The notes: generated from the letters alone by a model not told the origin. A DNA stretch of 64,000 nucleotides from Candidatus Iainarchaeum sp. (GCA_018304425.1 JAGVWE010000002.1:64001-128000); one strand, 5' to 3'; numbered from the stretch's first letter, positions 17,840 through 28,022 are shown. Numbers and translations are program-made.

Positions 17840-18763
17840 TCACGCCACCAGACGACGTAATTGCTTGTCCTTTCTCAGCGTGGACAGCGCGGCGTTCAAC
17901 AGTTCCCTGGCATCCAGCCGGTCGAGGCGCAACCGCGCGGCCACCCGGGGGAGCGGGTCCCCGCTGTAGAAGAACTCCCGCACCAGGTTTCGTTGCCTTT
18001 CGGGCAGCCGATTGATGGCGCCGCGGACGAGGGCCAGCTCCTCCCGCTTGGATGCACTCTCAAGAACGCTCGATACCATGCCCCGCGACGGCCGCTTTGT
18101 TCCCGCAGTGGCAGGGGTGACATGGACCAGGTCCCGCTGGGCGAAGACGGCGAGCAAGCCGACTTTCACCTTGTACCAGTATTCGACCATGGAATCGGAA
18201 ATCCTCTCCCGGTGTTCGGCCGGCATCGTCCGCCCCCTCAACTGACTCGGCTGCCCGCGGCGGGCAGCGGCAATCCTTTTTCGGGTGCGGCGAGGCATGG
18301 GTTTCCCACGGACGGCATCCGCTCGCTGGGCGAACACTTCCAACGTCCGCGCGGACGCTGGACGGCCTTGCAGGGCGGCGGAAATCCGGGCCCGTGTCTC
18401 CGGCGACCGGGGCTTGCCCTGCTTCGCGGCCGCGATGCGGTTGCGGTGAACGGCGGAAAAGCGTTTCCCCTTATGAGCCTCGGACCAACGCCGCCTGAAC
18501 GCCGCGCTGCGGTCCAACCACTCGCGGGCGGCCACCCGCATCTCGTTTGACGTGCGTCCCTCCAAGAGTTTCGCGAAATTCGGGCTGGGCCCGCGACGGG
18601 GGCGATAAAGGCAGGCCTCCATAGCCTCGGGTGTGTAAATGCCCCAAGCAGCGCCAAATTCACGGAGGTAGTGGTTGACCACGTTGGCGCGGGAAGCACC
18701 CCGAGAATGCAGGCTGATAGCCGGCTCAAACGTGGACATGGTCCACCTGCGCTGGCGCGACAT
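17840..18763 (-). CDS. Orphan protein: NUMOD3-like repeats plus sigma70 region 4-like HTH
   Basis: HKGKRFS..HRNRIAAAKQGKPRSPETRARISAA repeats; C-terminal AINRLPERQRNLV...VAARL...ALSTLR. Confidence 0.75.
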   Translation of the reverse strand: MSRQRRWTMSTFEPAISLHSRGASRANVVNHYLREFGAAWGIYTPEAMEACLYRPRRGPSPNFAKLLEGRTSNEMRVAAREWLDRSAAFRRRWSEAHKGKRFSAVHRNRIAAAKQGKPRSPETRARISAALQGRPASARTLEVFAQRADAVRGKPMPRRTRKRIAAARRGQPSQLRGRTMPAEHRERISDSMVEYWYKVKVGLLAVFAQRDLVHVTPATAGTKRPSRGMVSSVLESASKREELALVRGAINRLPERQRNLVREFFYSGDPLPRVAARLRLDRLDARELLNAALSTLRKDKQLRRLVA

Positions 18764-18847
18764 AAAGTAAAAGGTGATTAAGACCTATAAAAGGCTATTG
18801 GATAAAAACCGGCCAAAGCCAGAATCGTGCGAAAAAAAAGGACTGAT

Positions 18848-19579
18848 TCAGTTCATCCGTGCCCGCGAGCGCAGGTGATGCATCAATGGATTGGGGCTCC
18901 GCATCAGACTGAATTTGCGCATGAGTTGCCGGGCGAGTGCATGGGTTGCCTGGCTGCTGGTGTGGAGCTCGGCCCATCGCACGAGCAAGTCAATGAAGTC
19001 GAAGAGCGGGGCAAGCCTTTTGCGGTCACGCGCCTGCATACCCGGGTCAGCGCAGCCCCGGCCTCGGCTTTGTTTCGGCGCAGACCCTCAAGTAACTCTT
19101 GGCTGGCCCTGGTGTCCTTCATGGTCCGGAAAGCGATTTCCTTGTCTCGGATGAAACGTTCAAGGGTTTCCCTTACCACTGAAACGGACTGGTTGCGCTG
19201 CCCAAGCCAGGTGTCCTGAAGCAAGCCGAAGAGTCCCCGGCTGCTGCCAAACAATTCGCCGGCGTCCACCAGGCTGGCGGAGCCGTGCCTGCAACGCTGC
19301 ACCAAGGCCCGGTCGCGGACCAGGGACTTCACGGCATCCTGACTTCACGGCATCCTGTTTAACCGGGCCGGGGACGAGGACGGTCCAGATAAGTCGCCGG
19401 GCTTTTTCAAAAGCCAGCGCGGGTTCCACTCCTGGCCTGGCGGCCGCCAGGCCCAGGTCGACCACGGCTTGCCGGACCACGCCCAGGCGCCTGGAGCTCA
19501 TCCCCGCTTCGCGTGCCCGTTGTTCGGTGGACACCGGGCCTGTTACGGCCTTCGGGCTTCTGCGACGTTTGGACGCCAT
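18848..19579 (-). pseudogene. Frameshifted orphan gene with Arg-rich N-terminus
   Basis: MASKRRRSPK... frame broken by exact 16-bp tandem duplication 19325-19356; removing one copy joins ORF 18904..19332; probable second shift near 19040. Confidence 0.6.
19325..19356. repeat. 16-bp perfect tandem duplication (GACTTCACGGCATCCT x2)
   Basis: Directly visible at 19325-19340 and 19341-19356. Confidence 0.95.
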
Positions 19580-19807
19580 GAGAGAACAAGCGCTGAACCG
19601 GGATTTAAGCGTTTCGGCCGCGCACTTTCTTGGACGGCACATAATGGCTTGCCGTTCGGGTTTCGAACTCCACCCGCTTAACCGTTTTTCGCGGGTAATA
19701 TTGTGAGTTTGAATTAGACTCCCAGTACTGTTTCTAAGGCGGCGTGGCACCGGAAATGAGGGGTGTTCGCGCGGCTTTAAATAGGTGCGTAGACCAGTCT
19801 CTAAGGG

Positions 19808-22800
19808 ATGGCCATGTCCGAGGAAACAGCCACCGTGGAAGTCGAGGGCGGCGGGGAGAACCCGTTCATCTCCAAGTGGGAGAGCTTTTACAAGCACGCG
19901 TGCCTCAAGCAGATCGAGAAGCTCGTGGGCGAGTACCCTGAAAAGCGGAGCCTCTTGATTGACTTCGTGTCCATCGAGCACTTCGACCCCGAGCTTGCGG
20001 ACGAGCTCCTGGCCAACCCCGATTACGTGCTCGAAGCCGCGAAGATGGCGATAACCAACATCGACGTCCCAGCCCTCGAACTCGAGCAGTTCCTGCCCAA
20101 CATCCGCGTCTACAACCTTCCAAAGGACCGGCAGAGCCTCCTCCGAAACATCGAGGCCGAGCACTTGAACAAACTGATTGCCGTGGAAGGCATCGTGCTC
20201 TCCATGACCGAAGTGCGGCCCAAGCTCAAAATCGCGACCTGGGAGTGCCGGAGGTGCGGGAACACGTACAAGCTCATCCAGACCGGGCAAGCGGCCAGGC
20301 AGCCGGCCGTGTGCGAGTGCAAGCACCGGGACTTCAACCTCGTGGCCGAGAAAAGCGAGTTCATCAACCACCAGAAAATCCAGGTCCAGGAACCACTGGA
20401 ACTGCTAAAAGGAAGCGAACAAGCCACCATTTTGGACGTCATCATCCTCGACGACATGGTCAACAAGGTCGCGCCCGGCATCAAGACCTGCATTACCGGG
20501 GTGCTGCGGCTCATCCAGCCCAAGGAGAAGAGCATCGTCTACGGCAAGCAATTGGAGGCCATCCACTTGGAGGAAACCGCCAAGGAATTCGCGGAAGTCG
20601 ACGTCTCCAAGGAAGAGGAAGCCGAGATTCGGAAGCTGGCCAAGGACGAGAAAATCTACGACAAACTGGTGGGCTCCATCGCGCCCGCCATTTACGGCCA
20701 CGAAGTGGTCAAGGAAGCCATTGTCTTGCAGTTGTTTGGCGGCGTGAAAAAAATGCTGCCCGGGAACCCCAGCACGCGCGGCAACATCCACGTCCTGCTC
20801 GTCGGAGACCCGGGTGTCGCCAAATCCCAGTTGATGCAGGCCGTGAACAACATCGCGCCGAAAAGCATTTACGTGGCCGGAAAGACGACCACGGGCGTGG
20901 GGCTGTGCGTGGCGCCTGATTCCCTGGTGCTGAACGAAAGCGGATTCAGGGACATCCGGGGGTTTGTCGAGGAACGGTTCGAGGATGCAACCGCGCGGGA
21001 GGAAATCCCGGGCGCGCACTCGAATCCATGCCAGGGCAAGACCATGCCCTGCTTGGGCGAAGACCTCAAGCTCAGCGAGCAACCCGTGTCGAAAATCTGG
21101 CGAATAAAAGCCCCAGAAAAGATGTACAAGATTGTCACGCAGTCCGGCCGGGAACTTTCCCTTACTCCTGCGACTTCGCTGACCCGGCTGAAAACATCAC
21201 AGGTCGCGTGGACGATGGCTGAAGAACTTGCTGAGGGCGATTACGTGGCCGTTCCCCGGCGCCTGCCGGAGGGCCAGCGGGCTAAGATCCCCTCCATTGC
21301 CTGTTTGTGGCAAAACAAGAACATCCGGGTGGTGGACGACCTGTCCAACCCATTCAAGCTAATCACGGATGCGCTGGCCAGGACACATGGCTCGCTCCAA
21401 AACGTTGCACGCGTCCATGGCCTTGACAGGGAAAGCGTGTACCGGTGGCGCATGCGAGAGTTCCATCACAGCATGCCCTTACACGTTTTTGTAAACCTTG
21501 GGTTGGAAGCCGGGCAAACCATGGAATGGCTCGCTGGCCACGTCACGGAGTGCTTCCTCGCCTACGGAAAGACCTGCAAAGTGCCGCGCTACCTGGACGA
21601 TGAGCGACTCGCGTACGTTGCCGGGCTGCTCTTCGGGGATGGCAGCATTTACCTACGCGACAACTCCGTGCACCTCCGCTTCTACAACAACAGTCAGGAG
21701 ACCCTGGACCGGTTCGACGCGGCTGTGCGGGAACTCTTTGGCCTGGAAACCGAGAAGCTCTTGGAACCGGGAAAGGTGCCGGGGCGTAGGTTTAATTCGG
21801 CCATTGCCTGGAAGCTGTTCCAGGCTTTCGGGCTCAGTAACAGGAAACTCGAGAACCGGCTCAGCCACCTGGCCACGGAGATGCCCAACAACGTGCTGGG
21901 CGCCCTGTTGAGCGGGTTGTTCGAAACAGATGGCTTCGTGTCGGACACGGTGAAGGCGTCCCCTTCCGTGGGCATCAGCACCATCAGCAAGCCCCTGGCA
22001 GACACCCTCCAACTAGCCCTACTGAAATTCGGAGTGCTCGCCAAGAAGCGGGAACGGAACGTTGCGGGACACGTTGCCCAAGGCAAAGAGATATGCGTGC
22101 GCTCGAACAACAATCAATTCTACGTGGAAGTGCGGGGCAAGGAAAACCTGCAAGCGTTCAAAAAAGGCGTTGGATTCAGGCTGGAACGCAAGCGCACGGC
22201 CCTCGAACGGGTTATCGCGCGCACCGGGAAAAGCAACCCCAACCATGACCTGGTTCCGGAACTGAAAGAAGCCATGGAAGAGGCGGGAGCGCTTTGGGAA
22301 TACCGGCATAGGCTAAGCCCCTCCCGGTCGACGCTTTCCCAGATTGCAGGGGAAAAGAAAAACGGCTTTTTCAGGGCCCTCGCGGAGTCAGACGTGTTGT
22401 GGGACCGGATTGCGCGCAAGGAAGCGTTTAGCCCTGCATTCGAGCACGTGTACGACGTCACGGTCGAAGGCACGCACAATTTCGTGGCCAACGGCTTCTA
22501 CGTCCACAACACCGCGACGGCAGTGAAGGACGAGTTCGGCGAGGGCGGTTGGACGCTGAAGGCGGGGGCCTTGGTCCTGGCCTCGGGCGGGATGGCCATG
22601 ATTGATGAGTTCGACAAAATGGATCCTGAGGACCGGAGCGCGATGCACGAGGCCATGGAGCAGGGCATGATTTCGGTCGCGAAAGCCGGCATCGTGACCC
22701 GGTTCAAGACCGAGACCTCCATCCTCGCGGCGGCCAACCCCAAGTACGGAAGGTTCGACCCATACCAGAACTTCATGCAGCAAGTGGACCTGCCGCCCAC

Positions 22801-23533
22801 CCTGATTTCGCGGTTCGACTTGTTCTTCATGATAAAGGACGTGCTGGACCGCGAAAAGGACAGCCGGATTTCCGCGCACATCCTGAAAACCCACCAGGCC
22901 GCGGAACTCCTCTTACAGGAAAAACGCGGCACCCTCAAGAAGGGCCAGCGCAAGGAAATCGAGGAGATTCAAAAGATCGTCACGCCCGCCATTGACGGTC
23001 AACTCCTGCGGAAGTACATTTCGTTTGCCCGGCAAAACGTTTTCCCCGCGCTGAGCCGGGAAGCCATTGACGCGATTTCGGTTTTCTACCTGGACCTGCG
23101 TGAACAGGGAAAGAAGGAGGGAACCTATGCCGCGACCCACCGGCAACTGGAAGCCATGGTGCGGCTGGCGGAGGGCTCGGCCCGGGTGCGGTTGTCCGAC
23201 ACCATCGAGCTAGTGGACGCGGAACGCGCAATCCGGTTGTTCAAGACCTCGCTGCAGGAACTCGTCATGGACAAGGAAACCGGCAGAATCGACATCGACT
23301 TGATCAACATCGGGCAGAGCCAGAAACAACTCGAGAACATGAAGAAGGTGCTGAACCTCGTGAAAAGCATGAGCGCGGAACTCGACATGGTGCCCATCGA
23401 GGACATCATCAGCGAAGCCAAGACCGAGGGCATCGACGCCGACAAGGTCAACGAGATACTCAACAACCTCACGAAAGCCGGCGATATTTACCGGCCCAGG
23501 CACGGGTTCGTCAAGTCAACGGAGAAGAAGTAG
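19808..23533 (+). CDS. mcm: Replicative helicase MCM (intein-containing)
   Basis: Zn finger CRRC..CEC, Walker A GDPGVAKS, Walker B IDEFDKM, AAANP, SRFDL, C-terminal wHTH. Confidence 0.97.
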   Translation: MAMSEETATVEVEGGGENPFISKWESFYKHACLKQIEKLVGEYPEKRSLLIDFVSIEHFDPELADELLANPDYVLEAAKMAITNIDVPALELEQFLPNIRVYNLPKDRQSLLRNIEAEHLNKLIAVEGIVLSMTEVRPKLKIATWECRRCGNTYKLIQTGQAARQPAVCECKHRDFNLVAEKSEFINHQKIQVQEPLELLKGSEQATILDVIILDDMVNKVAPGIKTCITGVLRLIQPKEKSIVYGKQLEAIHLEETAKEFAEVDVSKEEEAEIRKLAKDEKIYDKLVGSIAPAIYGHEVVKEAIVLQLFGGVKKMLPGNPSTRGNIHVLLVGDPGVAKSQLMQAVNNIAPKSIYVAGKTTTGVGLCVAPDSLVLNESGFRDIRGFVEERFEDATAREEIPGAHSNPCQGKTMPCLGEDLKLSEQPVSKIWRIKAPEKMYKIVTQSGRELSLTPATSLTRLKTSQVAWTMAEELAEGDYVAVPRRLPEGQRAKIPSIACLWQNKNIRVVDDLSNPFKLITDALARTHGSLQNVARVHGLDRESVYRWRMREFHHSMPLHVFVNLGLEAGQTMEWLAGHVTECFLAYGKTCKVPRYLDDERLAYVAGLLFGDGSIYLRDNSVHLRFYNNSQETLDRFDAAVRELFGLETEKLLEPGKVPGRRFNSAIAWKLFQAFGLSNRKLENRLSHLATEMPNNVLGALLSGLFETDGFVSDTVKASPSVGISTISKPLADTLQLALLKFGVLAKKRERNVAGHVAQGKEICVRSNNNQFYVEVRGKENLQAFKKGVGFRLERKRTALERVIARTGKSNPNHDLVPELKEAMEEAGALWEYRHRLSPSRSTLSQIAGEKKNGFFRALAESDVLWDRIARKEAFSPAFEHVYDVTVEGTHNFVANGFYVHNTATAVKDEFGEGGWTLKAGALVLASGGMAMIDEFDKMDPEDRSAMHEAMEQGMISVAKAGIVTRFKTETSILAAANPKYGRFDPYQNFMQQVDLPPTLISRFDLFFMIKDVLDREKDSRISAHILKTHQAAELLLQEKRGTLKKGQRKEIEEIQKIVTPAIDGQLLRKYISFARQNVFPALSREAIDAISVFYLDLREQGKKEGTYAATHRQLEAMVRLAEGSARVRLSDTIELVDAERAIRLFKTSLQELVMDKETGRIDIDLINIGQSQKQLENMKKVLNLVKSMSAELDMVPIEDIISEAKTEGIDADKVNEILNNLTKAGDIYRPRHGFVKSTEKK
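20906..22510 (+). mobile_element. Intein with LAGLIDADG homing endonuclease in MCM (535 aa)
   Basis: Begins CVAPDS after GVGL, ends FYVHN before T; blocks LAYVAGLLFGDG, LLSGLFETDG, VYDVTVEGTHNFVANG. Confidence 0.95.
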
Positions 23534-23587
23534 TCGGCCTATTTATAAGCGATAACGCTTTTATTCTGCGAGGGGTAAAAGGTTCCT

Positions 23588-23995
23588 ATGACGCGGTCTT
23601 CGACTTCTGGACCCGGCCGCCGCCCCCGAAAGGGGTCGGAGAAGAGGAGACAAGTGCAGCCGGCCTTCGAATCCAGGTGGCTCCCCGAATTGCCGCGGCG
23701 CCTGGGCCGGTTTTACGCGGAATGGTGCCGGACCAAGGAGCTGCCCAGTTCCTCTGCCGAGCGCGTGGAAGCCGCCCTGCGCGACCCTTTGGTTGGACGA
23801 GTCCTGCTGCAAGGCATCCAAGACCTAATCCGGGATATTCGAGCCCGCCGGGGCCTGTTGAAGTCGGGGGCCGGCCCGGAGAACGCGGACGAATTCACTC
23901 GGCAGTTGAAGAAACTGAATGCCGCGGTACGGGAACACGTTGGATTCATCAATTACTGGGTGGAAGTGCATGAAAACCCTCCAAAAAAACCTTGA
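23588..23995 (+). CDS. Orphan protein with Arg/Pro-rich N-terminus
   Basis: MTRSSTSGPGRRPRKGSEKRR...; upstream AT-rich promoter-like sequence; fills the mcm-yggS gap. Confidence 0.6.
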   Translation: MTRSSTSGPGRRPRKGSEKRRQVQPAFESRWLPELPRRLGRFYAEWCRTKELPSSSAERVEAALRDPLVGRVLLQGIQDLIRDIRARRGLLKSGAGPENADEFTRQLKKLNAAVREHVGFINYWVEVHENPPKKP

Positions 23996-24620
23996 CCTCG
24001 TCCGTGAACGCATTCGCACCGCGTGCCAGCGGCGAAACCGCGACCCCGCCGGGGTGCGGTTGGTGGCCGTGACCAAGGAGCGGAGCGTCGAAGAAGCACA
24101 GGCACTGGCCGCGTTGGGCGTCAAGGACTTCGGCGAGAACCGCTTGGAGGGCCTCGAAGAGAAAAAGGGAAAGGTGCCCGGCGCGGTGTGGCACTTCATC
24201 GGCAACCTGCAAAGCAACAAGGCCAAGCGCGTGGCCGAGTTGGCTGACTACGCACATTCCATTGAGTCGTTGAAGGTCGCGGAAAGGGTTTCAGGGCGGT
24301 GCATGGAGCTGGGGAAAAAGTTGCCGGTCTTCCTGGAAGTCAACGTCGCCGGCGAGGCCAGCAAGCACGGCGTGCCCAAAGAGGAGTTGCCGGTCCTGCT
24401 GAACGGGGCGCGGATGCTGCCCGGCATCAAAGTCATTGGCTTGATGACGATGGCGCCGCTCGTGGAGCCCGAGAAGACCAGGAGCCCATTCCACATGCTG
24501 GCCGAGTTCGCGCGCCACAACGGGTTGCCGGAGCTGTCCATGGGCATGAGCAACGACTTCGAGGTCGCGGTCGAAGAAGGAGCGACGTTCGTACGGATTG
24601 GGTCGGCGCTGTTCGAGTAA
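23970..24620 (+). CDS. yggS: PLP homeostasis protein YggS/PLPBP
   Basis: LVAVTK, FGEN, WHFIGNLQSNK, GLMTM, LSMGMSNDF, VRIGSALF. Confidence 0.96.
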   Translation: MKTLQKNLDLVRERIRTACQRRNRDPAGVRLVAVTKERSVEEAQALAALGVKDFGENRLEGLEEKKGKVPGAVWHFIGNLQSNKAKRVAELADYAHSIESLKVAERVSGRCMELGKKLPVFLEVNVAGEASKHGVPKEELPVLLNGARMLPGIKVIGLMTMAPLVEPEKTRSPFHMLAEFARHNGLPELSMGMSNDFEVAVEEGATFVRIGSALFE

Positions 24621-24667
24621 TCCGAAAGGTTTAAATCAACATTATAATATATTATAATGGTGGTCTG

Positions 24668-24889
24668 ATGAGCCAAATGTTCAAAGCCAAGATAAGGCGG
24701 GTGGGCACCTCACTGGGGCTATTAATTCCAAAGGATGTTGTGGTCGAAGAAGACATCCAAGAGGGCGAACAGGTAGATGTAGGTCTCCTCAAGGCCAAAC
24801 GGCTCGAATCCATCAACAAATTGTTTGGCATCGCCAAAGGCGCCAGGTCGTTCAAGCGGGATAAATCCAATCGTGTGGACCGGTACTGA
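24668..24889 (+). CDS. AbrB/MazE-type antitoxin (VapB)
   Basis: KIRRVGTSLGLLIPK swapped-hairpin motif; overlaps PIN gene. Confidence 0.88.
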   Translation: MSQMFKAKIRRVGTSLGLLIPKDVVVEEDIQEGEQVDVGLLKAKRLESINKLFGIAKGARSFKRDKSNRVDRY

Positions 24890-25263
24890 TGTATTTGCTG
24901 GACACCTCGGCCTGGATCGAACTCTTTCAGGGAACCAAAAAGGGGGAAAGGGTCAAGAACTTGATGAAGGAAGAAAGGCCCTGCATGAGCATGGTCTCGA
25001 TAGCCGAAATAGCCGCTTGGGTCAAACGAGAGAACGTTGAACGCGAAACTCTATGGACCCACATTCTGAACACCTGCACGGTGTTGGACCTCAGCCCAGT
25101 AGTCTCATTCCTTGCAGGCGAAATAAGCATTGAACGCCGAAAGTCGGTCGGGAAATGGGGCCTGATGGACTCCTTCATCCTGGCGACAGCCCGCGCTTTT
25201 AGCCTCGTCATCATGACGGCAGACAACGATTTCAGGGGCCTTGATTACGTGGAACTCGTTTAG
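24889..25263 (+). CDS. vapC: PIN-domain toxin VapC
   Basis: LLDTSAWIE, SIAEI, GLMDSFILATA, TADNDF. Confidence 0.92.
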   Translation: MYLLDTSAWIELFQGTKKGERVKNLMKEERPCMSMVSIAEIAAWVKRENVERETLWTHILNTCTVLDLSPVVSFLAGEISIERRKSVGKWGLMDSFILATARAFSLVIMTADNDFRGLDYVELV

Positions 25264-25331
25264 CGTTTTTCCTATTTAAACGAGTTTTGCCGCCCGCCAG
25301 GCTTTTAATGGCTTTGGTGGGGTATGAGGGT

Positions 25332-26039
25332 ATGGCCGCTGGCAAGCCCGTGCTCGTCGAACTCGACGTCTTCCACGAGAACTGCTTTGCCATCCCCGTG
25401 ACCGAACGCATGGACGGCGTGAGCATGGTGTCCGTGCCCGCCAACAAGCGCACCCCGGACCGCATCACCTTCTACGCGCGCATCAGCGGACCGGGAGCGC
25501 CTCAGGCCGTGGAGCGCATGCGGAAGCAGGCCGGGATCCGGCGCATCGACCTGCTCTGCAGGGGAAAGGAGCACGTGTTCGTCTACGCCGAAGCAGACCC
25601 CGTCTGCTCCTCCCTTTACTCTTGCCTCGAAGCCGGCGCGTTGTTGAACGAGCCCGCCCTCACGATAGGCACTCATGATACCCTGTCCCTCATCTTCCCT
25701 GACCAGGACGCGCTCAAGCGGTTCGACAGCGAGCGCCCGGGCTTCGACTTCCGCCTCCGCTCCAAGAAACCCTTCGACGAGGAGAGCCTCTCCGGGCTCG
25801 CGACCTTCTCCAAGCAGGGGTTCACCCAGTTGAAAACCGTTTCCTCCTCGCTCTCGCCCGCGCAACGGGAGGCCTTCGACCTCGCCGTGCAACGCGGTTA
25901 CTACCACGAGCCCCAGAAGATAACGGTCACCGAACTCGCCTTCGAGACGGGGGTTTCGGCCAGCACCTGCGCCGAGCACCTGCGAAAAGCAGAGGCCAAG
26001 CTCATGCCCGTGCTCGGGCAACTCATGAAATACCTGTGA
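25332..26039 (+). CDS. Bat/HTH_10-family transcriptional regulator (1)
   Basis: LSPAQREAFDLAVQRGYYHEP...ELA...STCAEHLRKAE. Confidence 0.9.
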   Translation: MAAGKPVLVELDVFHENCFAIPVTERMDGVSMVSVPANKRTPDRITFYARISGPGAPQAVERMRKQAGIRRIDLLCRGKEHVFVYAEADPVCSSLYSCLEAGALLNEPALTIGTHDTLSLIFPDQDALKRFDSERPGFDFRLRSKKPFDEESLSGLATFSKQGFTQLKTVSSSLSPAQREAFDLAVQRGYYHEPQKITVTELAFETGVSASTCAEHLRKAEAKLMPVLGQLMKYL

Positions 26040-26114
26040 ACCGGTAATCACCGGGCCAAGACTTATATAGCCGAGCGGGAACGATTATTGCAGGGTAAAT
26101 GGAGGGGTCCTTGG

Positions 26115-27260
26115 ATGAAGTCGAGTTACTGGATTGTGTTAGTCGTTTTGGCGGTTGTTTTGGCGGGTTGCACCCTGCCGGGTGCAGGCACGCAGGCAGG
26201 CACCGGCCCACGGGACGGCGCAACCGCGCCACAGGAGTCCATCAAAATCGGTTCCCTCCAGCCCATGACCGGAGAAGCGGCGAGCTGGGGCCAGAACGGG
26301 GTCGCAGGAGCCCGTATGGCGGTCGAAGAAATCAATGCCGCGGGCGGCGTCCTCGGACGCAGGCTTGAATTGGTTGCGGAAGACGACAAGTGCAGTTCGG
26401 AAGGGGTTACGGCGATAACCAAGTTAATCAACGTGGACCAAGTCGATGCCATCATTGGCCCGGACTGCTCGGCGTCGGGGGCGGCGGCTTTGCCGGTGGC
26501 GCAGAAAGCCGGGGTTCCAGTCGTCATCATCTCGGCCTCCAATCCCACGCTCACCAGGTTGGGGGACTACATTTTCCGGATTTATCCCTCCAGCGCGGTG
26601 GAAGGGGCTACCGGTGCGGAGTTCACGGTGAACAAGCTGGGAAAACGAAAGGCCGCCGTCATCTTCGTGGAAGACGTTTGGAGCAAAGGAGTCAAGGACG
26701 CGTTCATCGCGCGCTTCAAGGAACTCGGCGGGCAAATCGCGTACGAAGACAGTGTTACGCCGGAAGCGCGGGACCTGAAAACCCAGTTGACGAAGGCCAA
26801 GAACTCGGGGGCCGACGTGCTGTATTCTCCTTTGCGGCCGGCCGGCGGCGTGGCCTTGTTCCAGCAGGCGCAGGAAATAGGCCTGGGCATGCCCATCGTG
26901 GGCGGCGACTTCTACGACAGTGAGGAAGTCGTCAAGCATCCCGCCTCGGAGGGAGTCTATTACACGGTGCCCCACGTGACGACGCCGGACGCGTTCGCGG
27001 CCAAGGTGAAAGCCATGCCTGGCAACGAGAACCTGGCCGTGTTCCTCACCGCGCCCATCGGCTATGACGCAGTGAAAATCCTCGTCGACGCCATGCATCG
27101 GGCGGGAAGCACGGACAAGCTGGCCGTCATGCAGGCGCTCAAGCTGACGAAGTATTCGGGGGTTTCCAACCCCGACATCGACTTCGACGAGGCCGGCGAC
27201 CTCAAGAACGCCCTGATGGACGTCAAGGTCGTCCGCGGCGGGAAAGGCGTGCTGCCCTAA
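26115..27260 (+). CDS. LivK-like ABC substrate-binding lipoprotein (1)
   Basis: LAGC lipobox; IKIG..PMTG, EEINAAGGVLGR, IIGPDCS, YIFRIYPS. Confidence 0.93.
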   Translation: MKSSYWIVLVVLAVVLAGCTLPGAGTQAGTGPRDGATAPQESIKIGSLQPMTGEAASWGQNGVAGARMAVEEINAAGGVLGRRLELVAEDDKCSSEGVTAITKLINVDQVDAIIGPDCSASGAAALPVAQKAGVPVVIISASNPTLTRLGDYIFRIYPSSAVEGATGAEFTVNKLGKRKAAVIFVEDVWSKGVKDAFIARFKELGGQIAYEDSVTPEARDLKTQLTKAKNSGADVLYSPLRPAGGVALFQQAQEIGLGMPIVGGDFYDSEEVVKHPASEGVYYTVPHVTTPDAFAAKVKAMPGNENLAVFLTAPIGYDAVKILVDAMHRAGSTDKLAVMQALKLTKYSGVSNPDIDFDEAGDLKNALMDVKVVRGGKGVLP

Positions 27261-27317
27261 CGCCGAATTTAAAGCCCGCCGGTAACGCTTTTAAGGCCTG
27301 CCAGGCGTAAATAAGGT

Positions 27318-28022
27318 ATGCAGAAGCCCTTGCTGGTGGAACTCGAGGCCTTTCACGACGACTGCTATGCCATCAACGCCCAGGAACGGTTCAAGGACGT
27401 GCGCATGCTGACCATGCCCGGCATGGCGGTGAACGCCCGGACCATGACGTTCTACTCGAAGGTCAGCGGCCCGGAGACCCTGAAAGCCATCGAGTTCATC
27501 CGCCGCGAGCCACATGTCAAGCACCTGCAGGTCATTTACAAGGACCGGGACCGCGCGTTCCTCGAATTGCAGTTCGACAAAAAGCATTCCTCGATTTACT
27601 CGTGCATGGAGGCCGGCGCGCTGTTGGACAAGCCAGCGCTCACCCAGGGCCGGCTCGACTTCCTGCCCCTTATCTTCAGGAACGGCAAGGACTTCAAGGA
27701 GTTCGCTGGCAAGGTCAGGGACAAGTTCGACTTCAAGTTGAAGTCCAAAATCGTGGTGGACGCCAAGGCGGTGGACGGCTTGGGCAGCCTCTCAGCCTGC
27801 GGGGCCGCGGAACTCAAGACGGTGTCGGCCTCGCTGTCGGACGCGCAACGGACGGCCTTCGACTTGGCCGTGCAGCGCGGCTACTACGACCACCCCCAGC
27901 GAACGACCGTGGCCGAGTTGTCGGCGCGGGCCGGGCTCGCGCCCAGCACCTACGGCGAACACCTCCGCAAGGCCGAGTCCAAGTTGTTGCCCGTGGTCGG
28001 GCAGCTAATCAAATACCTTTAA
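27318..28022 (+). CDS. Bat/HTH_10-family transcriptional regulator (2)
   Basis: Paralog of 25332; AFDLAVQRGYYDHP...STYGEHLRKAE. Confidence 0.9.
   Translation: MQKPLLVELEAFHDDCYAINAQERFKDVRMLTMPGMAVNARTMTFYSKVSGPETLKAIEFIRREPHVKHLQVIYKDRDRAFLELQFDKKHSSIYSCMEAGALLDKPALTQGRLDFLPLIFRNGKDFKEFAGKVRDKFDFKLKSKIVVDAKAVDGLGSLSACGAAELKTVSASLSDAQRTAFDLAVQRGYYDHPQRTTVAELSARAGLAPSTYGEHLRKAESKLLPVVGQLIKYL

Noticed and set aside
19580-19807. Intergenic region upstream of mcm as a replication origin
   Set aside because: No recognisable ORB repeats or extended AT-rich unwinding element, and no orc1/cdc6 nearby; explained by divergent promoters
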